DNA of 63,504 nt, counting the filler. It is 9 parts of 9 records of this genome, joined end to end, with 100 filler letters (N's around TTAATTAATTAA, not from the genome) between each part and the next. Parts side by side here need not be neighbours in the genome. Positions count along the whole stretch, not along the records: positions 38,510 to 44,944 come from SRR20825010_5401; positions 45,045 to 54,109 come from SRR20825010_5402; 7 more parts are not named here. One strand, written 5' to 3'. The position numbers and the translations under genes were made by a program. The notes below the pieces were generated by a model. The model searched no databases. It saw only the letters and a program-made list of their open reading frames with translations, and was not told the DNA's origin. Shown here piece by piece: positions 38,510 to 48,418 of the stretch. The first letter of the stretch is position 1; the number at the start of each line of letters is the position of its first letter.

Positions 38510-39691
38510 CGGATCCGCCTGTATCATCGGTTCAAGCCCGCGTTCGGTTAAGGCGAGAACCGCAAGACGGCCCTTGGCTTCCCACGTCTCCGCTCGAACC
38601 CGCTCCCGACCCGGTCCGGCGTCGGGGCGCGATTCGAGCACCCGTGCGATCGCGTCAGCGAACCCGTCCGCTGTGTCGGCGACCTCCACGAGTCCGTCAA
38701 ATCGCTCCAACTCTGGGAAGGGTGTGCTCACGATCGGGCGGCCCACCGCCAAATACTCCTTGAGTTTCACCGGATTGCAGGCCTGAATCCACTCATTGCG
38801 GTTCCAGGGCATGATTAAGACATCACAGGCCGCCATATACCCGGGGACGTCCTCATACTGCCGCCGCCCGAGCAGGTGAACATTGGATAATTGTACCCAA
38901 TCATCTGGTAGAGAACACCCGCCGACGAGCACGAACTGGGCGTCGGGCAACCTCTCGGCCACCTCGACGAAGAGCGTCGGATCGAATGTGTGGGCATCGA
39001 TGCCGCCGACGAAGCCAACTCGTGGTCTGGCAATGGGTTGCACGTCGGCGGGCTCGGACGCCGGGTCCTGCCCCGCAGCCGCGAAGGCCTCGTAGTCGCA
39101 TCCATGGTCGATGAACGCCGCGCTGCGACACTCGGACTCTTCCTCACCCATCAGCCAGGACGAGCAGAAGAGCGTGAGGTCGGCCCGGTCCTTGAGGAAC
39201 ACGTCGAAGCCCTTGATGCGTGTCGGGTTTACCCCGTGGAAAGCCTCGAACCGGTCCGTCCGCTGGTAGACCACGCCGACCGCGCCGAGTCGGTCTACGA
39301 CCTCGGCTCCCGGCGGGCAGGCCACCCAGACCAGCGGCCGCCGCATCCCGGCGCGCCTCGCGAAGAACCGGACCTGTCTGGCCAGCGCCCACCGGTTGAG
39401 CCCGGCCCCCATGCCCGCCGGCGCGACCAGGGGGCTCGCGACCCAGAACCCGTCGCGGACCTTGACCAGTCCGCGCTTCAGGCTCTTGAGCTTGCGGAGC
39501 ACGCGCTTGGCGAACATCGAGCCCTCGCCGACGCTGGGCACGCGCATGCCGATCGAGTTGACATAGAGCACCGGCACGACCTTGGACAGCTCGCGCATCA
39601 TCTGCATGTCGTAGTGGCCGCGGTTGTGGTACCACCAGTCCTCGCCGCCGAAACAGATGATGCCGTCGAACTGTGTTGTGGTCTCAACCAT
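38510..39691 (-). CDS. GT-B glycosyltransferase (GT4/TuaH-like; 3' end at contig edge)
   Basis: VGFVGGID, NVHLLGRR.YEDVPGYM..CDV.IMP, NPVKLKEYLAVGRPIVST. Confidence 0.88.
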
Positions 39692-39709
39692 CGCCGCCTT
39701 CAGACCGTC

Positions 39710-41065
39710 TCAGGCCTTCACGAGCCTCTCGCCCATCTCCGCGGCAAACGCCCGGAATGCGTTGCGAGTATCGACTACGAGCGGCGCGTGCTTCGCGATG
39801 AGCTGATACTCGAAGGCCTTGTGGTCGGTGACCAGCACCGCCGCGTCGTACCCCGCGAGGCTCTCGGCGGTGAGTTCAACGCTGACCATGCCGAGATCGT
39901 GCTTGCGCACGGGGTGGGTGCGGGGAACGTGCGGGTCTGAGTAGTCGACAAGAGCCCCCAGGTGCTGCAGCTTTTCGATGACTTCAAAGGACGGGCTCTC
40001 CCGTGTGTCGTCGATGTCCGGTTTGTACGCCAGTCCGAGCACGAGCACCTTGGAGCCTCGGAGCGACTTGCCGCGGGCGTTGAGCGCGAGCATCGTCTGT
40101 TCGATGACGTAGTCCGGCATCGAGGTGTTGATCTCGCCGGCCAACTCGATGAATTTCGTTGGGCGGCCGACCTCTTTGGCCTTCCATGTGAGGTAGAACG
40201 GGTCGATCGGGATGCAGTGCCCACCCAGCCCGGGCCCGGGAAAGAAGGGCATGAATCCGAATGGCTTGGTGCTCGCCGCGGCGATGACCTCCCACACGTC
40301 GATCCCCATGGCCGCGAGAATCACCTTCATCTCGTTGACCAGGGCGATATTGACGCAGCGGAAGATGTTCTCCAGCAGCTTCGCGGCCTCGGCGACGTCG
40401 GCTGAACTGACCCGCACAACGTGCTCGACACCCTTCTCGTACAGCAGAGCCGCGAGCTCGGTGGAGTCTGGGTCGACGCCCCCGACAAGCTTGGGGATCG
40501 TGCGTGTGGAGTGGCTCTTGCGGCCCGGGTCTTCCCGCTCTGGGCTGAATGCGACGAAGAAGTCTCGGCCGCACTCCAGGTCGCGAGCGGATTCAGGACG
40601 GCTGGCGAGGATGGCTTGAAGGAAGTCTTCCCGCGTCGTGCCGGGATACGTCGTGGACTCGAGGACGATGAGCTGCCCGCTTCGGAGCGTGCGGCCGATC
40701 TGCTCGCCGGCGTTCACGATGTAGGACAGGTCAGGTTCGCGGTGCCGGCCCAGCGGCGTGGGCAGGCACACCAGAATCACGTCCACCTCAGAGAGGCGGT
40801 CGAAGTCGGTTGTCGCGTCGAATCGGTCGCTCGCGGCCAGAGTCTGCGTCATCTCGGGCCCGAGGTGAACCAGGTAATTCTTCCCGGCCTGCAGCGAGTC
40901 GATCTTGGACTGATCGATGTCGAAGCCGAGGACGGGCAAGCCGCCCTCGTGGAGTGCGTGGGCGAGCGGGAGGCCGACGTACCCAAGTCCGATAATGCCG
41001 ACCAAGGCATGGCCGTCTCGAATGCTGTGCGTAAGGGCTTCGTAGGGAGTCGACACTCTGGACAC
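39710..41065 (-). CDS. UDP-N-acetylhexosamine/nucleotide-sugar dehydrogenase (WbpA/WecC-like)
   Basis: IIGLGYVGLP, CLPTP, LESTTYPGTT, FSPER, KLLENIFR, PGPGLGGHCIP, GLAYKPDIDD.RESP; GTG start inferred. Confidence 0.93.
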   Translation of the reverse strand: MSRVSTPYEALTHSIRDGHALVGIIGLGYVGLPLAHALHEGGLPVLGFDIDQSKIDSLQAGKNYLVHLGPEMTQTLAASDRFDATTDFDRLSEVDVILVCLPTPLGRHREPDLSYIVNAGEQIGRTLRSGQLIVLESTTYPGTTREDFLQAILASRPESARDLECGRDFFVAFSPEREDPGRKSHSTRTIPKLVGGVDPDSTELAALLYEKGVEHVVRVSSADVAEAAKLLENIFRCVNIALVNEMKVILAAMGIDVWEVIAAASTKPFGFMPFFPGPGLGGHCIPIDPFYLTWKAKEVGRPTKFIELAGEINTSMPDYVIEQTMLALNARGKSLRGSKVLVLGLAYKPDIDDTRESPSFEVIEKLQHLGALVDYSDPHVPRTHPVRKHDLGMVSVELTAESLAGYDAAVLVTDHKAFEYQLIAKHAPLVVDTRNAFRAFAAEMGERLVKA

Positions 41066-41070
41066 CTTTC

Positions 41071-41571
41071 CTAGGACGCGGGCGGCGGCGTCTGGTCCCT
41101 GTTGATGAACGCTTTGATTCCCGTGATCAGTTCGGGGCTCGCCCATGGCGAGATGGCCCCCGACGCACGCATGGAGTCGAGCATATCCAGCTTGGTCTTG
41201 AGTTCTGTTTCATCGAACGCCACACTCACGCGACCCATCTCCAAAAAACGCTCGGCGGTAGCGACCTGGTGGTCGTTCCGCGTCTCGCGGAGATCGCCCC
41301 GCCGCGGCATGACGAGTATCGGCTTTCCGGCCTCCATGGCTGAGATGATCGACCCCATCCCGGCGTGGGCGACGAGGATATCCGCCTCGCGGACCCTGGC
41401 CTTGAACTCTTCGGGTTCAAGGAACGGGGTCCACTCGATGCACTCGGGCACAAAGTCGGTCGTGCCGATCTGCGCAAAGATGTCCTTCCGGCCACGTTCC
41501 GCGGCCCAGGCGTCCACGGCGCGGGTCATGCGGTCGAACGGCATCTGGGCTCCGACGGTGACGAGGATCAC
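41071..41571 (-). CDS. PssE/Alg13-like glycosyltransferase catalytic subunit
   Basis: ILVTVGAQMPFDR, HAGMGSI, MPRR..L.E.RNDHQ; GTG start overlapping the upstream stop. Confidence 0.88.
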   Translation of the reverse strand: MILVTVGAQMPFDRMTRAVDAWAAERGRKDIFAQIGTTDFVPECIEWTPFLEPEEFKARVREADILVAHAGMGSIISAMEAGKPILVMPRRGDLRETRNDHQVATAERFLEMGRVSVAFDETELKTKLDMLDSMRASGAISPWASPELITGIKAFINRDQTPPPAS

Positions 41572-42041
41572 AGCACGGCTCCGAGGCACTGGGGGGCATC
41601 GTCGCCAACCTCGGGCCCCGCCGCGAGGTGGGGCCACTGGGTGAGCCACAGGTCGGCGTGCTTGCGGACGAGCCGGCCGGTCATAGAGATCTCCTCCACG
41701 TTGGCGATCGAGTCGAGCCAGATCGTGCGGGCCCCGAGGAGCTTGCCGAACCGGATCGCGAAGTAGCCGGGTGCCGCCCCCGTGGAGATGATGACCTTCG
41801 GGCGTTCTCGGAGGATGATCAGCAGCAGCCGCAGACACATTCGGGCCAGCCCGAGCTTGTCCCAGCGGGTGGCGTCGTTGACGAGATAGAACGGCACGTC
41901 GCCGACATCCGACTTGTAGGAGGCGCGCACGGTGACGAACGCGACCCGGTGACCCTCGAAGGCGGGACGCAGGCGGAGGAGCTGGACCCAGTGGCCTCCG
42001 CCGGAGGCGACGGCGAGGATTCTGTGTGGCTTGTCAGGCAC
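41568..42041 (-). CDS. PssD/Alg14-like glycosyltransferase partner subunit
   Basis: LAVASGGGHWVQL, RERPKVIISTGAAPG, IWLDSIAN, S.TGR, LTQWP. Confidence 0.9.
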   Translation of the reverse strand: MPDKPHRILAVASGGGHWVQLLRLRPAFEGHRVAFVTVRASYKSDVGDVPFYLVNDATRWDKLGLARMCLRLLLIILRERPKVIISTGAAPGYFAIRFGKLLGARTIWLDSIANVEEISMTGRLVRKHADLWLTQWPHLAAGPEVGDDAPQCLGAVL

Positions 42042-42759
42042 GAGTGGCTGAACCCCCGGTATTGGAAACGAGGTCAGAGTATCGGCAGAACGTGAACCCC
42101 GCGTCGCGACCTTGTTCGAGAATCGCCCGGGTAACGGCGAGGACGTACGCCTGTCGAGCCTCGCGATCGGCATGACCCTCGCGGTCAAAGTCGTGGAGCA
42201 GAACGACTCCTCCCCCGGCTCGGATGAGACGCTGGGCCATCACATCGGGATCCGGTAATTCGGGCCAGGTGTCGCCGGAGTCGAAGGTCCACCACGCGAT
42301 TCGCCGGCCGCGGACGATGGTCCAGAGCCAGGTGGCGACAGTCATTTTGCCGTAAGGCGGTCGAAGCAGCCGGGGCACTCCGCCGAGAGTCTCTCGGGCC
42401 CATTCAGTGCGGTGCAGATCCCGCACTGCCCGCCACGGAAGAGTCTTCCAGGCGTGGAGGTGCTCGAAGGAGTGAAGGCCGATCTCGTGGCTGGCCCGCG
42501 CGAGTTCGCAGGCGAGGCCTGGCGAGGCCTCGGTTCTCGACCCGAGCAGGAAGAACGTGGCCGGTGCCCCATGAGATGCGAGCAGTTCCAAGAGCTGGGG
42601 CGTGAGCTCTGGCCCCGGACCGTCATCGAAGGTGAGGGCGATGCGGCAACTGGCGGATGCACCTTGTCGGATCCGCAGAGTCTGCCACGCACGGTGTGCC
42701 AACGGTGGGCCGAACCACAAGGCCCCGGCCGAAAACAGGGCCACGAAGAGGCCAACCAT
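42034..42759 (-). CDS. NodB-like polysaccharide deacetylase
   Basis: ALTFDDGP, ATFF, HEIGLHSFEH, RPPYG, DSGD.W, VVLLHD; N-terminal TM. Confidence 0.9.
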   Translation of the reverse strand: MVGLFVALFSAGALWFGPPLAHRAWQTLRIRQGASASCRIALTFDDGPGPELTPQLLELLASHGAPATFFLLGSRTEASPGLACELARASHEIGLHSFEHLHAWKTLPWRAVRDLHRTEWARETLGGVPRLLRPPYGKMTVATWLWTIVRGRRIAWWTFDSGDTWPELPDPDVMAQRLIRAGGGVVLLHDFDREGHADREARQAYVLAVTRAILEQGRDAGFTFCRYSDLVSNTGGSATRA

Positions 42760-42776
42760 GTTGGCTATCGCATCAG

Positions 42777-43469
42777 TCAATCTACCGCGCCTCGAAGGTT
42801 GGCTTGCAGTGACCCACCAATGACGACGAATGACTTGGTGAGTCCCTTGAATCGCTCGGCATGAATGTGGGCGTCCGGAAAGCACGCGGACAACTCGCGT
42901 TTGGTCATGAGTCGAACCTCCTCCACGAGCGCTCTGGCCTCAGCCTTGTCCGGGCAAGGCCCCCGCCATCCGCAGCGGACGCGACGGAGGAGCGCGACTC
43001 GGGCGGATTGCGGCATCCACTGCCAGCCAGGAACGTGAAAGTGCGGTTCAATGGGAAAGTAGAAGTTGGGGGTCTGGATCCAGAATCCCCGTCCGACGCG
43101 CTGGACCTCCGCGGCCATGCGCCGTTGGTTGTCGAGTGTAAAGAGATGTTCGATGACCGAGTTGCTGAACACGACATCGAAGCTGCCGTCGGCGTGCTCG
43201 GGCATGTCGAACGCTGAACCGGTTGTCGACCGGATGTGTTCGTACGGGGAGTCCTCTGCCTCAAGGTTCAGCAGCGTGATTTCACAATCATCCCGATCCG
43301 ACCAGCCGCGGTGTTCCCAGAACGCGACGGTTCCACCAACATCAAGTATGCGGATCGGTCGTGGCAACGGGGTGAGCAGTTTCTCGAACATCGCGAAGCG
43401 CTTCATGCGCATCCGGTTTGACAGGCTCTCGTCTGAATGGACATCGGCGAGCTTGCGCAGTCCCAGCAT
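42777..43469 (-). CDS. Class I SAM-dependent methyltransferase
   Basis: ILDVGG, FDVVFSNSVIEH, IQTPN..FPIEPH. Confidence 0.88.
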   Translation of the reverse strand: MLGLRKLADVHSDESLSNRMRMKRFAMFEKLLTPLPRPIRILDVGGTVAFWEHRGWSDRDDCEITLLNLEAEDSPYEHIRSTTGSAFDMPEHADGSFDVVFSNSVIEHLFTLDNQRRMAAEVQRVGRGFWIQTPNFYFPIEPHFHVPGWQWMPQSARVALLRRVRCGWRGPCPDKAEARALVEEVRLMTKRELSACFPDAHIHAERFKGLTKSFVVIGGSLQANLRGAVD

Positions 43470-43472
43470 CGT

Positions 43473-44441
43473 TCAACCTCCTCGTTTTCCGGTGCGCAGC
43501 CAGTCGCTTCGGCGCTGCCACGCCAAAGTCCAGGCGGCAGCCCCCTCCTCGCCCTCAGCGGGAGGCTCCGTACTACGCCGCTCCAACAGTGATCTGGTCA
43601 GCGGCCACGCTGCCAGTAGCGCCAAGGCGAGGGGACGCCTCCAGCCTGAGAAATGACGCCGGATAAGCATCGCCTTGGCCTTGAGCAGGCGCACCAACTT
43701 GTCGGCTTGGACCGTTTCAGATGCACCGCCATAGTGAACAATCGAGGCCTGCGGCGTGATCATCGGGCGGGCACCGAGCCGCCGAGCGCGCAGACACAGA
43801 TCGGCCTCTTCGCCGTACATGAAGAAATCAGGTTGAAACCCGCCCAAGTCCTCCCAGAGTTTCCGCTCGATCAGCAGGAAACAGCCGGAGACAATGTCTA
43901 CGTGCCGGATCGTGTCGCGAGGCCAGCCGCCATACGCCTCGGGGTTAAACAACGAGCTCGACTCGAACGCCCGCGTCAAGCCCATCGCCCGGCAAAGCAG
44001 CCCCCACAGCGTCATCCGTCGCCAGCAAGACGCCGGGTTCAGTGTCCCGTCGGCAAAGACCGTACGGCCACCCCAGATTCGTGCATCCGGCCGATCGCGA
44101 GCGAAGTCCACCAGTTTATCGACCGCGCCGTCGAGCACGACCGTGTCCGGATTGAGTAGAAGCAGATACTCTCCCCGTGCCTCTCGAGCTGCGAGGTTGT
44201 TCGCCGCCGCGAAGCCGAGGTTGGTCGCGGCACGGATCAGGCGAATCTGTGTGCCGAAGCTGGAATCAATTGCGTCGGCGGACCCATCGGCAGACTGATT
44301 GTCCACAACAACCAAGTCAACGGATTCGCCGGAGGTTTGCTCGCACACTGACCGAAGGCAGGCCAACGTCATCTCGCGTGTGTTGTAGCTGACGACGATG
44401 ATCGAAACCGTTGGGCCGCCGCCGAGGTGATCGTCGCTCAT
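43473..44441 (-). CDS. GT2-family glycosyltransferase
   Basis: VSIIVVSYN, VVDN.S.DGS, NLGFAAANN, LLNPD, GCFLLI, FFMYGEEADLC. Confidence 0.92.
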   Translation of the reverse strand: MSDDHLGGGPTVSIIVVSYNTREMTLACLRSVCEQTSGESVDLVVVDNQSADGSADAIDSSFGTQIRLIRAATNLGFAAANNLAAREARGEYLLLLNPDTVVLDGAVDKLVDFARDRPDARIWGGRTVFADGTLNPASCWRRMTLWGLLCRAMGLTRAFESSSLFNPEAYGGWPRDTIRHVDIVSGCFLLIERKLWEDLGGFQPDFFMYGEEADLCLRARRLGARPMITPQASIVHYGGASETVQADKLVRLLKAKAMLIRRHFSGWRRPLALALLAAWPLTRSLLERRSTEPPAEGEEGAAAWTLAWQRRSDWLRTGKRGG

Positions 44442-44944
44442 GGTCGCCGCTCCCCGAGCCCCGCGTTCCGCTGTGCCCTCCGCGACGCCGAGGCCTTGTG
44501 GCGATATCGCCGCACTGTGCCCAGCAGGCTCTGGAACATGGCCCGGGGCGCCAGACGCACGAACCTGTGGAACGTCGGGAAACCCTCGTATCGCGGCGCG
44601 GGCTCGCCCGCGAGGCGCAGCGAGAGGATCTGCCCCCACAGCCGCCCTCGCGTCCGCAAGAGATTCGGCTGCGATCGGGGCAGAAGCGCGCTGTTCTGGG
44701 ACGTGAGGGTTAGGTATCCATCCTCGGTGGCCCGGCGGAGCATCTCCACCCCTCGGCGTGTCCGGGCAATGATCAGCGAACTTCCCAGTTCACCTGGCTC
44801 GATCGGTCGGTACCACGGGTCGCCCACCGCGATATCGGCCAATTCTCCGGTATGGTCGGGACAGATGTAGCACCGCCACTGGCGGGACCGCTGGAGAAAA
44901 TCCCAGCTCTCGGCATAGGAAAGCCGGGCCTCTCGTTCCTCATC
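44438..44944 (-). CDS. Coenzyme F420 hydrogenase/dehydrogenase beta-subunit (FrhB)-like C-terminal fragment (5' truncated)
   Basis: Manual translation: SWDFLQRSRQWRCYICPDHTGELADIAVGDPW...GSSLIIARTRRG. Confidence 0.75.
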   Translation of the reverse strand, partial: DEEREARLSYAESWDFLQRSRQWRCYICPDHTGELADIAVGDPWYRPIEPGELGSSLIIARTRRGVEMLRRATEDGYLTLTSQNSALLPRSQPNLLRTRGRLWGQILSLRLAGEPAPRYEGFPTFHRFVRLAPRAMFQSLLGTVRRYRHKASASRRAQRNAGLGERRP

Positions 44945-45044
44945 NNNNNNNNNNNNNNNNNNNNNNNNNNNNNNNNNNNNNNNNNNNNTTAATTAATTAA
45001 NNNNNNNNNNNNNNNNNNNNNNNNNNNNNNNNNNNNNNNNNNNN
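44945..45044. other. Artificial contig linker
   Basis: N44-TTAATTAATTAA-N44. Confidence 0.99.
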
Positions 45045-45924
45045 AGATCCAGATCAGGTTCACGTACATCATGGAGTTGCCACCCAGGTCGTTCGTGAAA
45101 AAGTTCGTGCCCAGATAACGGTCCATGGTCAGCATGCCCAACACGGCTGTCAACACGGGGAATGCGGCCACAATCAACACGTTGGTGCACAGCGATGTCC
45201 AGGTAAATATGGGCATTTTCATCAGGCTCATGCCTGGGGCACGCATTTTTACAATGGTCACCACCAGGTTCACACCGGAAAGCAGCGTACCCACCCCGGC
45301 AATTTGAAGCGCCCAGATGTAGTAATCAACCCCCACGTACGGGCTGCTCAGGATGCCCGACAACGGCGGGTAAGCCAGCCAGCCGGTAGTTGCAAATTCG
45401 CCAATGAACAGCGAAGCCATGATCAACACCGCTCCGAACGTGGTCATCCAGAAACTGAAGTTATTCAGGAAAGGAAATGCCACATCGCGTGCACCGATTT
45501 GCAGGGGCACGAGGTAGTTCATCAAGCCCGTGACCAAGGGCATGGCCACAAAGAAAATCATGATCACGCCATGGGCAGTGAAAATTTGATCGTAGTGATG
45601 CGGCGGCAAAAAACCTTCGTTGCCGTTGAATGCCAGCGCCTGGTGCGCACGCATCATGATGGCGTCGGCAAAGCCGCGCAGCAACATGATCAAACCCAGC
45701 ACCATGTACATGATGCCGATTTTCTTGTGGTCAATGCTGGTGAACCAGTCGTTCCACAAGGTGCTCCACAGGCGGTGCTTGTGAACAAGCGCCAGCACGC
45801 CCAGACCACCTAGCACCACCATGGCGAATGTGCCCATGATGATGGGGTCGTGGTAGGGAATCGCGTTTAAGGTAAGCCGCCCGAAAATCGGGCTTGTTTC
45901 AATTGGATACTGAGTCATAGCCAT
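45045..45924 (-). CDS. cyoB: Cytochrome bo3 ubiquinol oxidase subunit I (3' truncated)
   Basis: [54 protein letters not shown]. Confidence 0.96.
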
Positions 45925-46939
45925 TCTTCTTTACTGAAGTCATGATTGGAAGTGCATCGGCATTTGGAGCAATGCGGCACATGGCGTCGTTGATCAAAAT
46001 TGCCAACTCATCGGCAGACAAATCGCTGCGGTTGCGCATTGAATCGGCCATCATTTGGGTGTCCATACACACCGAACCTTCCACCACACAGCGATTCACA
46101 ATGGCGTGGAACAAGTCGGGCGTCACGTCTTTAAATCTCATCACAGGGTGTTTGGTGGTGGGCTGTTCAAGCTGCAAATATTCAGCACGGCCAAGTGACT
46201 TGCCATACGATTTGTTGCGGAGCACCCAACCTTCAAATTCGTCCTCGCTTACCCCTTCGTACTTGAAGCGCATGTGGGAAAAACCTGAACCACTGTAGTT
46301 GGCCGAGAAACCTTCCCACTGCCCTTCTTCGTTGATCACCGCGTTCAGCGTGGTTTCCATGCCGGGCATCGCGTAAATTTGCCCCGCCAGCGCAGGAATG
46401 TAGAAAGAATTCATTACTGTGCTGGATGTGATCTTGAAACGAACAGGCACATTGACCGGAGTCACCAGTTCATTGACCGTGGCAATGCCCTGTTCGGGAT
46501 AAATGAACAGCCACTTCCAATCCAGCGCCACCACCTGCACTACCAGTGGTTTGTGGTCAGGCGACAGCAAGGTGCTTGCATTGATTCGATCGAGCGGGCG
46601 ATACGGGTCAAGCTTGTGCGTGCTGACCCAAGTCACCAGGCCAAGCACAATAATGATCAACAACGGTGCACCCCAAATAACCAGTTCCAGTTTGGTGGAG
46701 TGGTCCCATTCAGGGTCATATTCAGCCTGCGTATTGGCCTGGCGGTATTTCCACGCAAAAAAGCAGGTTAGAAAAATGACCGGCACAATGATGATCAACA
46801 TCAATACCGTGGACAACACGATCAAATCTGCCTGCTGCGACGCAATGTCGCCCGACGGATTCATCACGATGGTGTTGCACCCCGCCAGCAGGAACAGCGG
46901 CACCAGCAACAAAAGACTGCGTTTCAATGGCTTGAACAT
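45899..46939 (-). CDS. cyoA: Cytochrome bo3 ubiquinol oxidase subunit II
   Basis: LAGC lipobox, [61 protein letters not shown]; no CuA ligands. Confidence 0.95.
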   Translation of the reverse strand: MFKPLKRSLLLLVPLFLLAGCNTIVMNPSGDIASQQADLIVLSTVLMLIIIVPVIFLTCFFAWKYRQANTQAEYDPEWDHSTKLELVIWGAPLLIIIVLGLVTWVSTHKLDPYRPLDRINASTLLSPDHKPLVVQVVALDWKWLFIYPEQGIATVNELVTPVNVPVRFKITSSTVMNSFYIPALAGQIYAMPGMETTLNAVINEEGQWEGFSANYSGSGFSHMRFKYEGVSEDEFEGWVLRNKSYGKSLGRAEYLQLEQPTTKHPVMRFKDVTPDLFHAIVNRCVVEGSVCMDTQMMADSMRNRSDLSADELAILINDAMCRIAPNADALPIMTSVKKNGYDSVSN

Positions 46940-47050
46940 AATATCCAGCATGGTTACAAGTGAATTCCATGCTAATTTACTGACGTGGCCGGCGACTGGG
47001 CATTGGACATATTGTCCCAGTTGGCAAATAACACTTTCAAGCCATTGAAA
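46922..47050. repeat. Perfect 15-bp inverted repeat flanking the cyoA/MFS divergent region
   Basis: TTTCAATGGCTTGAA (46922-36) / TTCAAGCCATTGAAA (47036-50). Confidence 0.8.
47005..47017. promoter_or_regulatory. Palindromic regulator site candidate
   Basis: GGACA-TAT-TGTCC between divergent cyoA and MFS. Confidence 0.45.
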
Positions 47051-47095
47051 ACAAAAATAATATTGGAACACGTAAAGATTCGAGGAGAACTACAA

Positions 47096-48418
47096 ATGTC
47101 CGGCATTAGCACCATCCACGCAGAACAGGGCGTTACCACACCGGGCCACCATGGCAGCAACAGCAATGTATCCCCCGGTGAAATCGCCATCGGGGTGGTG
47201 ATTGGGCGTGCTTCCGAATATTTCGATTTTTTCGTGTACGCGATTGCGTCGGTGCTGGTATTTCCCGCGGTATTTTTTCCGTTCGAAGACCCGCTGACCG
47301 CCACACTGTATTCATTCATTGTTTTCTCGTTTGCCTTCATCGCCCGCCCCTTCGGCACGGTCGCATTGATGAAAGTGCAGCAAAAATTCGGTCGCGAAAC
47401 AAAACTGACTGTGGCCCTGTTCATGCTGGGCATTTCAACCGCCGGCATGGCGTTCTTGCCCAGTTACGCAACCTTGGGCGTGGGTGCCATTGTGCTGTTG
47501 TCGATTCTGCGAATTGGTCAGGGCTTGGCCTTGGGCGGTTCATGGGACGGACTGCCATCATTGCTGGCCCTGAATGCACCAGAAAACAGACGTGGCTGGT
47601 ACGCCATGTTGGGCCAACTGGGTGCGCCCGTAGGTTTCATCATTGCCGCCGGTCTTTTTGCCTACTTGTTGTATGCCTTGTCGAGCGACGACTTTTTAAG
47701 CTGGGGTTGGCGTTATCCCTTCTATGTGGCCTTTGCAATCAACGTGGTGGCTTTGTTTGCCCGCCTGCGTTTGGTGGCCACCAATGAATATGCCCGCCTG
47801 CTGGAAGAGCGTGAACTGCAACCGGTAAAAGTGGTTGAAATCATGGGTTCACAAGGGCACAACATTTTGGTGGGTGCCTTGGCTGCTTTGGCCAGCTACG
47901 CCCTGTTCCATGTGGTCACTGTGTTCCCCCTGTCGTGGATTGCATTGAATTCCGAGCGCTCAATTCCTGAGTTTCTAATCATTCAAATGGCAGGTGCGGT
48001 ATTGGCTGCAGGTTCAGTGGTGTTAAGCGGCGTGATTGCAGACCGCTTGGGCCGCCGCAACACGCTGGGCTTTTTGGCCATCATGATCGCGCTGTTCAGC
48101 TTCTTTGTTCCCCACATGATGGGTGGCGGCGATGACGGTCAAACCGCCTTCATTTTGATCGGTTTTGTGTTGCTGGGCTTGTCGTATGGCCAAGCGGCAG
48201 GTGCGGTTACGGCAAACTTCAAGGCGAAGTACCGTTACATGGGTGCTGCGTTGACAGCTGATTTGGCTTGGCTGGTGGGTGCCGGTTTTGCGCCGCTGGT
48301 GGCGCTGGGCCTTGCTGCCCACTTTGGTCTGGAATATGTCAGCCTGTACCTGCTTTCAGGTGCAGTGGGGTCACTGGCTGCGCTTAGCCTGAACCGTGCC
48401 CTGGAATTGAAAGATTGA
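47096..48418 (+). CDS. MFS transporter (metabolite:H+ symporter family)
   Basis: EYFDFFVY, FIARPFG, LRIGQGLALGG.W, WGWRYPF, ADRLGRR; GAGGAG RBS. Confidence 0.92.
   Translation: MSGISTIHAEQGVTTPGHHGSNSNVSPGEIAIGVVIGRASEYFDFFVYAIASVLVFPAVFFPFEDPLTATLYSFIVFSFAFIARPFGTVALMKVQQKFGRETKLTVALFMLGISTAGMAFLPSYATLGVGAIVLLSILRIGQGLALGGSWDGLPSLLALNAPENRRGWYAMLGQLGAPVGFIIAAGLFAYLLYALSSDDFLSWGWRYPFYVAFAINVVALFARLRLVATNEYARLLEERELQPVKVVEIMGSQGHNILVGALAALASYALFHVVTVFPLSWIALNSERSIPEFLIIQMAGAVLAAGSVVLSGVIADRLGRRNTLGFLAIMIALFSFFVPHMMGGGDDGQTAFILIGFVLLGLSYGQAAGAVTANFKAKYRYMGAALTADLAWLVGAGFAPLVALGLAAHFGLEYVSLYLLSGAVGSLAALSLNRALELKD

Noticed and set aside
45899-45924. cyoA/cyoB overlap as a frameshift
   Set aside because: Both proteins keep their conserved motifs; a short overlap or the alternative start at 45918 explains it
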